Shown: positions 36,500 through 47,580, numbered from the stretch's first letter. The stretch is 64,000 nucleotides of DNA from an uncultured Pseudomonadota bacterium (GCA_963749075.1 CAVVLJ010000017.1:96001-160000); one strand, 5' to 3'. Translations and numbers: made by a program. The notes: generated by a model from the letters alone, not told the origin.

Positions 36500-38916
36500 G
36501 GCCGAGCACCCCGCGCGAGGCGCAGCGCGTTCGAGATCACGAGCAGCGAAGACGCCGACATGGCCGCGGCCGCGAGGAGCGGCGTCACCATGCCGAACAG
36601 CGCCAGCGGCACGACCAGGAGATTGTAGCCGAGCCCCAAGGCAAGGTTCTGCCGGACGAGCCGCTCGCTCTCCTTCGCCACCCCCAGGCATTCGAGCACG
36701 GCCGCGAGTCGCTCGCCCTGGAACACCACATCCGCCGCGGTCTGGCTCACGTCGACCGCCGTCGAGGGCGACAGCGAAACGTTGGCCGCGGCGAGCGCCG
36801 GCGCGTCGTTGAGGCCGTCGCCCACCATGGCGACGCGGCGGCCGCGCGCGCGGAGCGCTGCCAGGCGGCCGCATTTCTCCATGGGCGTCGTGCCGGCGCG
36901 CCAGTCGGCGATGCCCGCCGCGCGCGCCGTGGCGGCGACCGTCGCCGGCTGATCGCCCGAGAGAAGCTCGACGTGAAGCCCGCGCGCGGCGAGGCTTGCC
37001 ACCGTGGCGCGGGCGTCCTCGCGAAGCGGATCGGCGAAGGCGAAGCGCACCGGCGCGCGTCCGGGGCGGGCGAGCCAGAACTCGGGGCCGGCGAGCGTGC
37101 GCACCTCATCGCCGGCGACCGCGCAGAAGGCGCGGCTGCCGAGCCGCACCTCGCCTTCCGCCGTGGCGAGCGACAGCCCCTTGCCCGGATGCTCGACGAC
37201 GCCCGCGGCCGGCGCCACCTCCGGTGCCGCGCGTGAGAGCGCCCTCGCGAGCGGATGGCGGCTCGCGGCGGCAAGCGAGGCGGCCAGGCGGAGCTCGTCG
37301 GGCGCCGGGCGGGCAGCCGGCAGGAGGGTGGCCTTGCCGAGCGTGAGCGTGCCGGTCTTGTCGAAGACGACCGTGTCGGCGCGGGCCAGGCGCTCGAGGG
37401 CACTCGCGGACTTTAGGAGGATGCCGCGGCCGAGGAGGCGGCCGCTCGCCACGATCTGCACCACCGGCACCGCGAGCGCCAGCGCGCACGGGCAGGTGAC
37501 GATGAGCACGGCGATCGCATAGAGAAGTGCGGTCTGCCACGGCACGCCGATGGCGAACACCCAGCTCAAGAAGGTCAGCAAGGCGAGCAGGTGGACGACG
37601 GGGGCGTAGAAGCGCGCCACCCGGTCCGCCAGCACGATGTAGCGTCCCCTGCCCTGCTCGGCCGCTTCCATGAGGCGCACGATCTCGGCAAGAAGCGTGC
37701 CCTCGCCGGTCGCCGTCACCTCGATGCGCAAGGGGCCGGCAATGTTCACCATGCCGGCGAAGACGGAGGTACCCTCGCGCGCCGGCACGGGCAGCGTCTC
37801 GCCGGTCACGAGGCTGGCATCGATCTCGGAGACGCCGCCGGCCACGCGGCCGTCGACGCCGATGCGCTCGCCCGCCGCGATATGGACGATCGCACCGGGC
37901 CGGAGCGTTTCGGGCATGCGGCGCTCGAGCGACCCGTCGGGGCGGAGGACGCACACGTCGGCGGCCTTGAGCGCCACGAGCTGCTCGGCCGCCGAGCGCG
38001 CCTTGCCGCGTGCGCGCGCATCGAGATAGCGCCCGATCAAGAGGAGAAAGACGAGCGTGACGGCCGAATCGAAATAGGCGTCGCGCTGGTGGTTGAGCGT
38101 CTGGAAGAGGCTCATGCCGGTCGCCAAGAGGATGCCGACCGAGATCGGCACGTCCATGTTCGTGCGGGCGCGGCTCAAGGCTGCGAGTGCGGAGCGGAAG
38201 AAGGGCTGGCCGGCGTAAAGGATCGCCGGCATGGCGATGAGCGCCGAAAGCCAGTGCATCAGGTCGCGCGTGGCGCCGCCCATCTCGTCCTCGCCCGACC
38301 AGATGGAGATGGAGAGCAGCATGACGTTGCCGGCGGCAAACCCGGCGACCGCCATGGCTCTCAAGAGCGCCTTCTCCTGCCGCGCGTTCGCCGAGGCGAG
38401 CTTCTGCGGATCGAAGGGCACGGCGCGGAAGCCGAGTGCCGCGATCCTCTCGACGTGCGCCCTGGCGTCCGCAGGCGGGCCGCGCCAGCGCAGCCTCAAG
38501 CGCCGGGTCGACATGTTGACGCGGCCCTCCACGACGTCCGGCTCGCGCGCGAGCACGCTCTCGATGAGCCAGACGCAGGCCGCGCAGGCGAGCCCCTCGA
38601 TCATGAGATGGAGCGTCGAGATGCCGCTCCGCGCATCGAACGCGGCGTGGCGGGCGTAGTCGATCCCGCTCTCCGCTTCGGGCTTGAGCGGCGGCCCGTC
38701 GGGGTCGAGCACCCGGCGTGCATAGAACGCCTCGAGGCCGAGCCCGGCGACGATAGCGCGCGCTGCGGCGCAGCCGCGGCAGCAGAATTCGTCGCACGCG
38801 CCGGCCGGCAGCGCCGCCCCGCAATGGGCGCAACGCCGGTCCGCGCGCGCGGGCGGTGCCGCGGCGGCGGCAGCGGGCGTGGCTCTTGGGGAGATGGCGC
38901 CGTCGGCGACGCTCAC
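36496..38916 (-). CDS. ccoI: Copper-translocating P1B-type ATPase CcoI/FixI
   Basis: CAHC/FCCRGC N-terminal domain, ACAAC HMA motif, TGE, CPC, DKTGTLT and GDGLND. Confidence 0.95.
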   Translation of the reverse strand: MSVADGAISPRATPAAAAAAPPARADRRCAHCGAALPAGACDEFCCRGCAAARAIVAGLGLEAFYARRVLDPDGPPLKPEAESGIDYARHAAFDARSGISTLHLMIEGLACAACVWLIESVLAREPDVVEGRVNMSTRRLRLRWRGPPADARAHVERIAALGFRAVPFDPQKLASANARQEKALLRAMAVAGFAAGNVMLLSISIWSGEDEMGGATRDLMHWLSALIAMPAILYAGQPFFRSALAALSRARTNMDVPISVGILLATGMSLFQTLNHQRDAYFDSAVTLVFLLLIGRYLDARARGKARSAAEQLVALKAADVCVLRPDGSLERRMPETLRPGAIVHIAAGERIGVDGRVAGGVSEIDASLVTGETLPVPAREGTSVFAGMVNIAGPLRIEVTATGEGTLLAEIVRLMEAAEQGRGRYIVLADRVARFYAPVVHLLALLTFLSWVFAIGVPWQTALLYAIAVLIVTCPCALALAVPVVQIVASGRLLGRGILLKSASALERLARADTVVFDKTGTLTLGKATLLPAARPAPDELRLAASLAAASRHPLARALSRAAPEVAPAAGVVEHPGKGLSLATAEGEVRLGSRAFCAVAGDEVRTLAGPEFWLARPGRAPVRFAFADPLREDARATVASLAARGLHVELLSGDQPATVAATARAAGIADWRAGTTPMEKCGRLAALRARGRRVAMVGDGLNDAPALAAANVSLSPSTAVDVSQTAADVVFQGERLAAVLECLGVAKESERLVRQNLALGLGYNLLVVPLALFGMVTPLLAAAAMSASSLLVISNALRLARGARP

Positions 38917-38925
38917 TGCCGCACC

Positions 38926-39447
38926 TCAGGGTGCCAGAATGCGCCGGCCCGAGTGGACCGTGGTTTCGCCCTCGGCGGCCGTCACGTAGACGTCCCATTG
39001 GCCGGGCTCGGGCAGGGCCAGGGGGACCGCGTAACGTCCGCCCGCGGTCCGCTCGAGGACGACCGGGATGTCGGCGGGTGTTCCGAGCGGACGCACGAAC
39101 TCGGCCTTGATCTCCAGGCGCTCGAGCGGCATGCCGTCCTTGTCGCTGGCGTCGACGACGAGTTGTCCGCTCTCCTTGCCGTTGCCGTCCGGGACGAACG
39201 CAATCACGAGCTTCCAACCGAGCTTCGCCTCCGCTTCCGCCCGCTCGATGACGCGGTTGTAGGCGATGCCCTCGTCGTAGGCGTGATCGGTCGTGAGCCC
39301 AGTCCAGCTCGCGAGCGCGAAATAGACCAGGCCGCCGTTGACCGCGAAGACCACGGCGAAGGCGGCGACGATCGCCCACGGCACCCAGCGGCAGTCGGCG
39401 AAGCGCCGTCCCTTGGCGCTCCTCCTTGCGAACGGCTGTATCGTCAT
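38926..39447 (-). CDS. ccoH: CcoH/FixH
   Basis: FAVVFAVN..LVYFA..SWTGL...AYDEGIAYN pattern and operon position. Confidence 0.9.
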   Translation of the reverse strand: MTIQPFARRSAKGRRFADCRWVPWAIVAAFAVVFAVNGGLVYFALASWTGLTTDHAYDEGIAYNRVIERAEAEAKLGWKLVIAFVPDGNGKESGQLVVDASDKDGMPLERLEIKAEFVRPLGTPADIPVVLERTAGGRYAVPLALPEPGQWDVYVTAAEGETTVHSGRRILAP

Positions 39448-39456
39448 GGCGTCACC

Positions 39457-40962
39457 TCACCTTTCCGGTCCGATGAAGATCGAGGCGTGCCTGACCACCT
39501 CGTGGTTCGCCTGCTCCTCGATCGCGAAGCTCAACGGCGTCGATTCCCCCGCGAGAGCCGCGCGCGGCGCGGTGAGGTAGAGCCGGTAGGTCGCGACCGT
39601 GTCCGGCTCGGCGGTGAGCGCGAGGGGATGGCGCGCGTCGCCCTCAGCCGGGTTGCCGATCACGCTCATGCTGTATGCGGGCAAGCCCGTGAGCGAGAGG
39701 CTGTAAGTCTCGGCCGCATGGGTCTTGTTGAGTATCTTGATCGTATAGCCGTTGCGGATTTCGCGGTTCGAGAGCGTCACGTAGAGCGGGCTTCGCTCGT
39801 GCAGGATGTCGATGCCGAGGTCCGCGCGCATGAGGAGCGCTGCCGTCATGATGGCGCCCACGATCGTCAGGATCGAGGCGTAGATGATCGTGCGCGGGCG
39901 GAGGAGGCGGTAGGAGGCGGGCCTGCCCTGGGCCCGCGCCTGCTGGTTGGCGAGCGTGTCGAAGGTGATGAGGTCGCGCGGCCGGCCGAGCGCCGGCATC
40001 ACGGTGTTGCAGGCATCGATGCAAAGGCCGCAGCCGATGCACTCGAGCTGCGAGCCGTCGCGGATGTCGATCCCCGTCGGGCACACGGCCACGCATTTCA
40101 GGCAGTCGATGCAGTCGCCGCGCCCCGCGAAGCTCGTCCGGCCCTTGAGCTTGCCGCGCGGCTCGCCGCGCCAGGCCTCGTAGGTGACGATGCACGACTG
40201 CTCGTCGAGCATGGCCGACTGGAAGCGCGGCCACGGGCACATGTAGGTGCACACCTGCTCGCGCGCCCAGCCGGCGAGAAGATAGGTCGTCGCCGTGAAG
40301 AGGCAGAGGAAGAAATAGGTCTCGACCGAGGCGGTGCCAGTGACGATGCCGCGTACCGCCTGGGGCGCATCCTGGAAATAGAGCACCCAGGCGCCGCCCG
40401 TGGCCGCCGCGATCGCCAGCCACACCGCGTGCTTGCCGGCCTTCTTGAGCGCCTTGCCCGCGCCGAGCGGGTACTTGTCGAGCCTGATGCGCGCGTTGCG
40501 GTCGCCCTCGATGAGCCGCTCCACCCACATGAAAAGATCGGTCCACACCGTCTGGGGACAGGCATAGCCGCACCAGACGCGGCCCAGGAGGCTGGTCACG
40601 AGGAAGAGGCCGATCGCGGCAATGATGAGGAGACCGGTCAAGAAATAGATCTCCTGCGGCCAGACCTCGATGCCGAAGAAATAGGCGCGCCGGCCGGGCA
40701 GGTCGATGAGGAGCGCTTGATCTGGCGCGGAAGGTCCGCGGTCCCAGCGCAGCCACGGCATGACGTAATAGAGCGTCAAGCAGAAGACCAGCACCGCCCA
40801 CTTGACGCGCCGGAAGGTGCCGGCGATCTTTTGCGGATAGACCTTGATGCGATTGGCGTAGAGCGGCGTCGCCTCCTTTTGCGCCCGCACGGAGACGACC
40901 GCCTCCCCCGGTCCTTCGCTCCGCTCCGGCATTCCCTCCGCGAGCTTCTCGGCGGCGTCCAT
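39457..40962 (-). CDS. ccoG: CcoG/FixG 4Fe-4S membrane protein
   Basis: GRVWCGYACPQT, CTYMCPWP, CIDCLKCVAVCP and CIGCGLCIDAC. Confidence 0.95.
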   Translation of the reverse strand: MDAAEKLAEGMPERSEGPGEAVVSVRAQKEATPLYANRIKVYPQKIAGTFRRVKWAVLVFCLTLYYVMPWLRWDRGPSAPDQALLIDLPGRRAYFFGIEVWPQEIYFLTGLLIIAAIGLFLVTSLLGRVWCGYACPQTVWTDLFMWVERLIEGDRNARIRLDKYPLGAGKALKKAGKHAVWLAIAAATGGAWVLYFQDAPQAVRGIVTGTASVETYFFLCLFTATTYLLAGWAREQVCTYMCPWPRFQSAMLDEQSCIVTYEAWRGEPRGKLKGRTSFAGRGDCIDCLKCVAVCPTGIDIRDGSQLECIGCGLCIDACNTVMPALGRPRDLITFDTLANQQARAQGRPASYRLLRPRTIIYASILTIVGAIMTAALLMRADLGIDILHERSPLYVTLSNREIRNGYTIKILNKTHAAETYSLSLTGLPAYSMSVIGNPAEGDARHPLALTAEPDTVATYRLYLTAPRAALAGESTPLSFAIEEQANHEVVRHASIFIGPER

Positions 40963-40994
40963 TCGAGCTCTCCCTGGCGCGGCGGCCGCCTCGG

Positions 40995-41864
40995 CTACTT
41001 CCCGCCGCCGAGCGAGTGGACGTAGACGGCCAGCATCTTGATCGTGGCGTCGTCGAGCCGCCCGGACCAGGCAGGCATGCTGCTGTTGCGCGCGTAAGTG
41101 ATGGTCTGGACGATGCTCGCCTTGTCGCCGCCGTAGAGCCAGATGCCGTTATCGAGCTCCTTGGCGCCGAGCTCGATGTTGCCCTGGCCCTTGTCGCCGT
41201 GGCAGGTGACGCAGTTGTCGGCGAAGAGCTTGACGCCGCGCGCGGCCGCCTTGGCGTCGGTCGGCTTGCCGTTGAGCGACAGCACGAACTCCGCCACGTC
41301 GTCGATCTGGTCCGGCTTGAGGATGCCGTCGGCGCCGAAGCGCGGCATGTCGTTCTGCCGGGAATTCGCGTTCGCGTTGCGGATGCCGTAGGCGACGGTC
41401 TTGTAGATGTTGCCGAGGTCGCCGCCCCACAGCCAGTCGTCGTCGGCGAGATTGGGGTATCCCTTGGAGCCGGCGCCGCCCGAGCCGTGGCAGGGCACGC
41501 AGTTCTCCGCGAAGGCCGCATGGCCGCCGGCGAGCGCGAAATTGAGGAGGTCCGGATCCTTCTCGATCTGCGGAAGCGCCGTGGCGGCGATCCTGCCGAC
41601 CATGGGCGCCATGCGCACCCTCTCCGCCACGAGGCGTTCGGCGATCACCGCGCGCGTCGAATAGCCGAGCACACCGTGGAAATAGCCGTTGAGCCACGGC
41701 CACGACGGATAGAGGATCGAGTAGACGACGGCAAAGGCGATCGAGGCATAGAAGACGAGCACCCACCACTTCGGCAGCGGCGTGTCGAGCTCCTTGATGC
41801 CGTCCCATTCGTGGCCGGTGGTCTCGGTCCCGGTGATGGCGTCCTTTTCGATCTTAGTCGGCAT
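40995..41864 (-). CDS. ccoP: cbb3 oxidase subunit III (diheme c)
   Basis: TTGHEWDGIKELD and two CxxCH motifs (CVPCH, CVTCH). Confidence 0.96.
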   Translation of the reverse strand: MPTKIEKDAITGTETTGHEWDGIKELDTPLPKWWVLVFYASIAFAVVYSILYPSWPWLNGYFHGVLGYSTRAVIAERLVAERVRMAPMVGRIAATALPQIEKDPDLLNFALAGGHAAFAENCVPCHGSGGAGSKGYPNLADDDWLWGGDLGNIYKTVAYGIRNANANSRQNDMPRFGADGILKPDQIDDVAEFVLSLNGKPTDAKAAARGVKLFADNCVTCHGDKGQGNIELGAKELDNGIWLYGGDKASIVQTITYARNSSMPAWSGRLDDATIKMLAVYVHSLGGGK

Positions 41865-41876
41865 TGTCGGCTCCCC

Positions 41877-42029
41877 TCAATCGCCGTCGCGCAGCGGAAT
41901 CTCCCCGTCGTGCTTGAAGCGCGCCTTGTGCTTCGGCCAATAGGCCCAGGCGACGATCGCCGCGAACACGACGACGAGCGCCACCATGAGCGCGGTGGCG
42001 AGGTGGCTGTAGAGTTCCGCGATTTCCAT
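41877..42029 (-). CDS. ccoQ: cbb3 oxidase subunit IV (not in ORF track)
   Basis: MEIAELYSHLATALMVALVVVFAAIVAWAYWPKHKARFKHDGEIPLRDGD (50 aa) between ccoO and ccoP. Confidence 0.9.
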   Translation of the reverse strand: MEIAELYSHLATALMVALVVVFAAIVAWAYWPKHKARFKHDGEIPLRDGD

Positions 42030-42040
42030 GACGCGCGTCC

Positions 42041-42766
42041 TTATTGCTGCAGGTCCTTGGCCGTGTAGTCGTTGAAGTTCACGAGCGTGCCCAGCATCTG
42101 GAGATAGGCGATGAGCGCATCCATCTCGGTGATCCGCTTGGGGTCGCCCGTGAAGGAGGCGGCCACCGCCTTCGGATAGCGCGCGAGCAGCCCCTTGGTG
42201 TCGCCGTTGGGATCGACCTGCACCTCGAGGTCGGCCGCCGCGTCCTTGATCATCTCGTCGCTGTAGGGCACGCCCAATGCGCGCAGCGTGCGCATGCGCT
42301 CAGCGATGTCGGCATAGTTGAGATCGGTCTCGGCGAGGAAGGCATAGGGCGGCATGATCGTCTCCGGCACGACCGAGCGGGGGTCCTTGAGATGCGCCAC
42401 GTGCCAGGCGTTCGAGTACTTGCCGCCGACGCGCGCCAGATCGGGCCCGTTGCGCTTGGAGCCCCATTGGAAGGGATGGTCGTACATGCTCTCGGCCGCC
42501 AGGCTGTAGTGGCCGTAGCGCTCGACCTCGTCGCGGAACGGGCGGATCTGCTGGCTGTGGCAGAGATAGCAGCCCTCGCGCACGTAGATGTCGCGCCCGG
42601 CGAGCTCGAGCGGCGAGTAGGGCCGCACGCCCTTCACGTTCTCGATGGTCGATTCGATGGTGAAGAGCGGGATGATCTGCACGAGCCCGCCGATCGAGAC
42701 GACGATCAGGCTCAAGACCGCAAGCAGGATGACGTTCTTCTCGATCGTCTCGTGACGGAAGCGCAT
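42041..42766 (-). CDS. ccoO: cbb3 oxidase subunit II (monoheme c)
   Basis: [17 protein letters not shown] and [10 protein letters not shown]. Confidence 0.96.
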   Translation of the reverse strand: MRFRHETIEKNVILLAVLSLIVVSIGGLVQIIPLFTIESTIENVKGVRPYSPLELAGRDIYVREGCYLCHSQQIRPFRDEVERYGHYSLAAESMYDHPFQWGSKRNGPDLARVGGKYSNAWHVAHLKDPRSVVPETIMPPYAFLAETDLNYADIAERMRTLRALGVPYSDEMIKDAAADLEVQVDPNGDTKGLLARYPKAVAASFTGDPKRITEMDALIAYLQMLGTLVNFNDYTAKDLQQ

Positions 42767-42774
42767 GGCGAGCC

Positions 42775-44247
42775 TCACTCCCCGGGAACGGTGGCTATCC
42801 GAGGCGGCGGCAGGGCGGCTTCGGCCGCTATGTCGCCGCGGATCGTGCGGGTCAGGTTGTAGGCCATCACCAGGCCGCCGGTGAGGAAGAGCACCCCGCC
42901 CAAGGCGCGGATCACGTAGAACGGATGCATGGCGATCACGCTCTCGACGAACGAGTATTGCAGGAAGCCGAGATTGTCGTAGGCGCGCCACATCAGGCCC
43001 TGCATGATCCCCGACACCCACATCGAGGTGATGTAGAGCACGATGCCCATGGTGGCGATCCAGTAGTGCCAGGCGACGAGCTTCATCGAGTAGAGCTGCC
43101 GGCGCCGCCAGAGGATCGGCACGAGGTGGTAGAGTGCTCCGAAGACGATGAAGGCGACCCAGCCGAGCACGCCCGAGTGCACGTGCCCGATGGTCCAGTC
43201 GGTGTAGTGGCTGAGCGCGTTGACCGGCCTGATCGACATCACCGGGCCCTCGAAGGTGCTCATCCCGTAGAAGCCGACCGAGGTGATCATGAAGCGCAGC
43301 ACGGGGTCCGTGCGCAGCTTGTCCCACGCGCCCGAGAGCGTCATGAGGCCGTTGATCATGCCGCCCCAAGACGGCATCCACAGCATGACCGAGAAGATCA
43401 TGCCGAGCGTCTGCGCCCAGTCGGGCAGCGCCGTGTAGTGGAGGTGATGCGGGCCGGCCCAGATATAGAGGAAGATGAGCGCCCAGAAATGCACGATCGA
43501 GAGGCGGTAGGAATAGATCGGCCGCTCCGCGCGCTTGGGCACGAAGTAGTACATCATGCCGAGAAAGCCCGCGGTCAGGAAGAAGCCGACCGCGTTGTGG
43601 CCGTACCACCATTCGATCATGGCGTCCTGCACGCCCGCGTAGGCGACATAGCTCTTGGTGCCGAACCAGCTCACCGGCAGCGCCACGTTGTTCACGATGT
43701 GCAGCATCGCGATGGTGATGATGAACGAGAGGTAGAACCAGTTGGCGACGTAGATGTGGGGCTCGCGCCGCTTCATGATGGTGCCCATGAAGGCCACGAG
43801 GTAGAGCACCCAGACCAGCGTCAGCCACAGATCGGTGTACCACTCCGGCTCGGCGTACTCCTTCGATTTGGTGACGCCGAGGAGATAGCCGCTCGCCGCC
43901 AGCACGATGAAGAGCTGGTAGCCCCAGAAGATGAACCAGCCGAGCGCTTCGCCGCCGAAGAGCCGCGCGCGGCAGGTGCGCTGCACCACGTAGAACGAGG
44001 TGCCGAGGAGCGCGCTGCCGCCGAAGGCGAAGATGCCGGCCGAGGTGTGGAGCGGGCGTAAGCGCGCCCAGTTGAACCAGGGCGGGATGTTGAGGCCGGG
44101 ATAGGCGAGCTCGGAGGCGATATAGACGCCGGCCAGGAAGGCGGCGATGCCCCAGAAGACCGTGGCGATCATGAAGGCGCGGATGACGTCGTCCACATAG
44201 GGCTCGCTCGGCCGCACTACCGTCGCGGCAACGCCTGTTGTGGCCAT
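42775..44247 (-). CDS. ccoN: cbb3 oxidase subunit I
   Basis: [31 protein letters not shown] and HVHSG. Confidence 0.97.
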   Translation of the reverse strand: MATTGVAATVVRPSEPYVDDVIRAFMIATVFWGIAAFLAGVYIASELAYPGLNIPPWFNWARLRPLHTSAGIFAFGGSALLGTSFYVVQRTCRARLFGGEALGWFIFWGYQLFIVLAASGYLLGVTKSKEYAEPEWYTDLWLTLVWVLYLVAFMGTIMKRREPHIYVANWFYLSFIITIAMLHIVNNVALPVSWFGTKSYVAYAGVQDAMIEWWYGHNAVGFFLTAGFLGMMYYFVPKRAERPIYSYRLSIVHFWALIFLYIWAGPHHLHYTALPDWAQTLGMIFSVMLWMPSWGGMINGLMTLSGAWDKLRTDPVLRFMITSVGFYGMSTFEGPVMSIRPVNALSHYTDWTIGHVHSGVLGWVAFIVFGALYHLVPILWRRRQLYSMKLVAWHYWIATMGIVLYITSMWVSGIMQGLMWRAYDNLGFLQYSFVESVIAMHPFYVIRALGGVLFLTGGLVMAYNLTRTIRGDIAAEAALPPPRIATVPGE

Positions 44248-44372
44248 GATGCTGAACTCCCCCGCATCGTTGGACCGGGCGGCCCGCGCGCAGGCCGGGA
44301 CCCTCGCGGCTCGTCCCCACGGAGACCCGCGCCGGCCCGAGCGGAAAATTGCGCCAAAATGACCCGCGGGCA

Positions 44373-44386
44373 TTGATCTAACTCAA
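44373..44386. promoter_or_regulatory. FNR/FixK box upstream of ccoN
   Basis: TTGAT-CTAA-CTCAA, one mismatch to TTGAT-N4-ATCAA. Confidence 0.8.
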
Positions 44387-44471
44387 TGCGATGCGAAGTG
44401 ATGGCCGCAGAATGCCGCCAAGAATCCGCTGCGGCGCGGCGGAACACTTGGAATCGTTGCTGCGTGTTATG

Positions 44472-44570
44472 CCCCCCTCCCCAACCCTCCCCCTCAAGGG
44501 GGAGGGGGAGCGTTTGGCATCGCGACGAAAGTCCCCCACCCCCTTGAAGGGGGAGGGTTGGGGAGGGGGT
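44472..44570. repeat. G/C-rich palindromic intergenic repeat (copy 2)
   Basis: CCCCCTCCCCAACCCTCCCCCTCAAGGGGGAGGGGG...CCCCCACCCCCTTGAAGGGGGAGGGTTGGGGAGGGGG. Confidence 0.85.
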
Positions 44571-44618
44571 GACGCTCGCCGCAATGACCGTAGGCGCCAA
44601 CGCCGCGGCAGGGAGGGG

Positions 44619-45398
44619 ATGGCCATGAGCGAGACGGTTCCTGTCTTCACGACGCCCAGCCCGCGCATCCGGCTGGTACCCGTCGACCGCCCCTGGACGT
44701 GGCTGGCCAAGGGCTGGAGCGATCTCGTGCGCGCACCCGAGGTGAGCCTCGCCTACGGCGGCGTGCTCGTCGCGCTCAGCTTCGCGCTCACGCTCGGGCT
44801 CTATCTCCTCGGCCTGCTTTACCTGCTGCTGCCGCTGGCCGCCGGATTCATGCTCCTGGCACCCGCACTCGCCGTCGGGCTCTACGACACCAGCCGCAGG
44901 CTCGCGGCCGGCGAAGTCTGCACAATCAAGACGGCGCTCGGTGCCTGGCGGCGCAGCCCGGGCTCGATCGCCAGCCTCGGCGTCATCCTGATGTTCAGCC
45001 ACCTCGTCTGGGTGCGCATCGCGACACTCCTCTATCCGCTCTTCTTCGAGGGGCCCAACCCGAGCCTCGCCGAGCTGCCGAACGTCCTCTTCTTCTCGCC
45101 GATGAGCCTGCCCTTCCTCGTGACCGGCACCGTGATCGGCTTCATCTTCGCGGTCTTCGTCTTTGCCCTCGCCGCCGTCTCGTTCCCCATGGTGATCGAC
45201 CGCGACGCCGGCGCCTTCTCGGCGATCGCCACGAGCTTCGCCGCCGTGCGCCACAACTGGCGCCCCATGGCGCTTTGGGCGGCACTCATCACCGTCTTCA
45301 CCGCGGTCGCCCTGGCGCTCTTCTACGTGGGCCTCGCGGTCGCCCTGCCGCTCATCGCCTATGCGAGCTGGCACTGCTACAAGGACGTCGTGGAGTAG
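44619..45398 (+). CDS. DUF2189 family membrane protein
   Basis: PWTWLAKGWSD, LAAGFMLLAP.LAVGLY..SRR and ASWHCY pattern; this family is often found beside cco operons. Confidence 0.85.
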   Translation: MAMSETVPVFTTPSPRIRLVPVDRPWTWLAKGWSDLVRAPEVSLAYGGVLVALSFALTLGLYLLGLLYLLLPLAAGFMLLAPALAVGLYDTSRRLAAGEVCTIKTALGAWRRSPGSIASLGVILMFSHLVWVRIATLLYPLFFEGPNPSLAELPNVLFFSPMSLPFLVTGTVIGFIFAVFVFALAAVSFPMVIDRDAGAFSAIATSFAAVRHNWRPMALWAALITVFTAVALALFYVGLAVALPLIAYASWHCYKDVVE

Positions 45399-45400
45399 CC

Positions 45401-46183
45401 TCAGCCGAGGGCGCGGAGTGCGAGGAAGCCGAGGAACCCCGCATTCGCCAGCATGAGCGGAGACGAGAGGGCACGCGCCGCGCGCGGCGCCCGGCGTCCG
45501 AAGAACACCCCGACATAGCCGACCAGGACCAGGCTCGGCACCGTGCCGAGCGCGAAGCCCGCCATGGCGAAGGCACCTGAAAGGACGCCGCCGCTGCCCG
45601 CGGCGGCGGCGAGCGCGCCGTAGAGGAAGCCGCAGGGCAGAAAGCCGAGTGCCAGGCCGAGCGCATAGCCACGGAGGCCCCGCGGGTCGCCGAGGAGCGG
45701 CCGGCTCAGGCGCGCGAGCGGCGCCGCGAGAGCTTTGCCGAAGAGGCTCGGTCCGCGCACGCCGATCGAGCCCGCCAACCCCGAGAGCGCCTGGGCCGCG
45801 AGGAGGAGTGCCGCAAGCACGAGGAAGGCGCCGAGCAGCCAGCGGTGGCCGCTCAGTGCCGCGGCCAGCCCGCCGAGCCCGCCGGCCGCGGCGCCGAGGG
45901 CCGTGTAGGTGGTGAGACGGCCGAGCTGATAGGGCAAGAGGAGGGCGCCCCTGAGGCGGCGCAGCTCGCCGAGCCCCGGTGCCGCCATGCGCTCGGCGTC
46001 CGCCGTGACTTGCGCGAGCACGAAGGGGCCGCACATACCCGCGCAATGGCTCACGCCGCCGACCAGGCCGACGAGGAAGAGTGCCGCCGGCAGCCCCGCG
46101 GCGCCGAGTGCGGCAACAAGCCCGCCGAGCCAGGAATGGCCGCCGCAGAACGCCGCGAGCGAGGCGAGCCAGCCGGCGATCAT
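45401..46183 (-). CDS. DsbD_2/TauE-like membrane protein (cco-associated)
   Basis: SHCAGMCGP and GFLPCGFLY motifs. Confidence 0.85.
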   Translation of the reverse strand: MIAGWLASLAAFCGGHSWLGGLVAALGAAGLPAALFLVGLVGGVSHCAGMCGPFVLAQVTADAERMAAPGLGELRRLRGALLLPYQLGRLTTYTALGAAAGGLGGLAAALSGHRWLLGAFLVLAALLLAAQALSGLAGSIGVRGPSLFGKALAAPLARLSRPLLGDPRGLRGYALGLALGFLPCGFLYGALAAAAGSGGVLSGAFAMAGFALGTVPSLVLVGYVGVFFGRRAPRAARALSSPLMLANAGFLGFLALRALG

Positions 46184-46193
46184 GGCCGCCGCA

Positions 46194-47546
46194 TCACACG
46201 GCGACCGAGTGGCGCGCCGTCTCGGCCGCGAGATAGACGTCGAAGGCGGCGCACACGCTGCGGACGAGCGGACGGCCGAGCTCGGTCACCCTGAGGTGGC
46301 CGCCCTCGAGGGCGGCCAGGCCGTCGTCGATCATGGGTTGCAGCGCCCGGCGCTCGGCGTCGAGGGCCGCCGGATCGACGCCGTAGCGGCGGCAGAGGGC
46401 ATCGAGCCGCACCTCGAGGCAGCACATCAGGTGCTGGATGATGTCGCGGCGCAGCCGGTCGTCGTCGTCGAGCGCCACGCCGCGCAGCGTGGCGAGCTCG
46501 CCGCGGCCGATCGCCTCGCCGTAGGTGCGGACGTCCGGGCTGTTCTGCGCGTAGCCCAGAGGGCCGAGCGAGCCGATGGCCGACGCGCCGAGGCCGAGCA
46601 GCACGTCCGCGCTGTCGGTCGTATAGCCCTGGAAATTCCGCCGCAGCGTGCCGCCTTTCGCAGCGAGGGCGAGCGGGTCCTGGGCCCGTGCGAAATGATC
46701 GAGCCCGATGGCGGCGTAGCCGCGCTCGACCAGCGCCGCGGCGGCGGCGGCGGCCTGCGCGGCGCGCGCCTCGGGTGCCGGCAGGGCCGCCTCGGGCAGC
46801 AGGCGCTGGTGCTTCTTCATCCAGGGCACGTGGGCGTAGCCGAAGACCGCGACGCGGTCGGGCGCCAGGGTCAGCGCGCGCTCGACCATGGCGACGACGC
46901 CTTCGACCGTCTGGTGCGGCAGGCCGTACATGAGATCGAGGTTGATCTCGGCGATGCCGTTGGCGCGCAGCGCGTCGGCCGCCCGCGCGGTCGTCTCGTA
47001 AGGCTGGACGCGGTTGATCGCCTGCTGCACGGGGCGTGCGAAATCCTGCACGCCGAGGCTGGCGCGATTGACGCCGGCGGCGCCGAGCGCCCTGGCCTGC
47101 TCCAGGCTCAGCCCGCGCGGATCGATCTCGACCGCGAAGCCCATGCCGGCGGCCGGCGCGAAGTCGTGAACAAGGGCCTCGGCGAGGCGGCCGAGATCGC
47201 GCGCGCTCAGCATGGTGGGCGTGCCGCCGCCGAGATGGATCTGGCCGACCTCGCGCCGCCCGCCCAAGGCATCCGCAACCAGTGCGATCTCCTTGAGCAG
47301 GGTGTCGAGATAGGCGCCGACCGGGCCGTAATGGTTGACCACGCGCATGCTGCAGCCGCAGAACCAGCAGAGCGAGCGGCAGAACGGGATATGCAAATAG
47401 AGCGAAAGCGGGCCGGGCGCTGCGAGCTCGCCGAGCCAGGTGCGGTAGCGGCGCGCGTCCACCTCGGGGCCGAAATGCGGCGCCGTCGGGTAGCTCGTGT
47501 AGCGCGGCACCGGCCGCGCGTATTTGGCGAGGAGCTCTGGCCTCAT
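46194..47546 (-). CDS. hemN: Oxygen-independent coproporphyrinogen III oxidase
   Basis: PRYTSYPTA, radical-SAM motif CRSLCWFCGC and LRRNFQGY. Confidence 0.95.
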   Translation of the reverse strand: MRPELLAKYARPVPRYTSYPTAPHFGPEVDARRYRTWLGELAAPGPLSLYLHIPFCRSLCWFCGCSMRVVNHYGPVGAYLDTLLKEIALVADALGGRREVGQIHLGGGTPTMLSARDLGRLAEALVHDFAPAAGMGFAVEIDPRGLSLEQARALGAAGVNRASLGVQDFARPVQQAINRVQPYETTARAADALRANGIAEINLDLMYGLPHQTVEGVVAMVERALTLAPDRVAVFGYAHVPWMKKHQRLLPEAALPAPEARAAQAAAAAAALVERGYAAIGLDHFARAQDPLALAAKGGTLRRNFQGYTTDSADVLLGLGASAIGSLGPLGYAQNSPDVRTYGEAIGRGELATLRGVALDDDDRLRRDIIQHLMCCLEVRLDALCRRYGVDPAALDAERRALQPMIDDGLAALEGGHLRVTELGRPLVRSVCAAFDVYLAAETARHSVAV

Positions 47547-47580
47547 GGCCGCAGCATGCGTCGGCCTGCGCCGCCGTTCT

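Noticed and set aside
37591-41025. Long antisense or alternate-frame ORFs (e.g. 37591-41025, 13533-16148, 20380-23283, 62391-63983)
   Set aside because: They are shadow ORFs of real genes in high-GC DNA, Arg/Ala/Gly-rich and without motifs.
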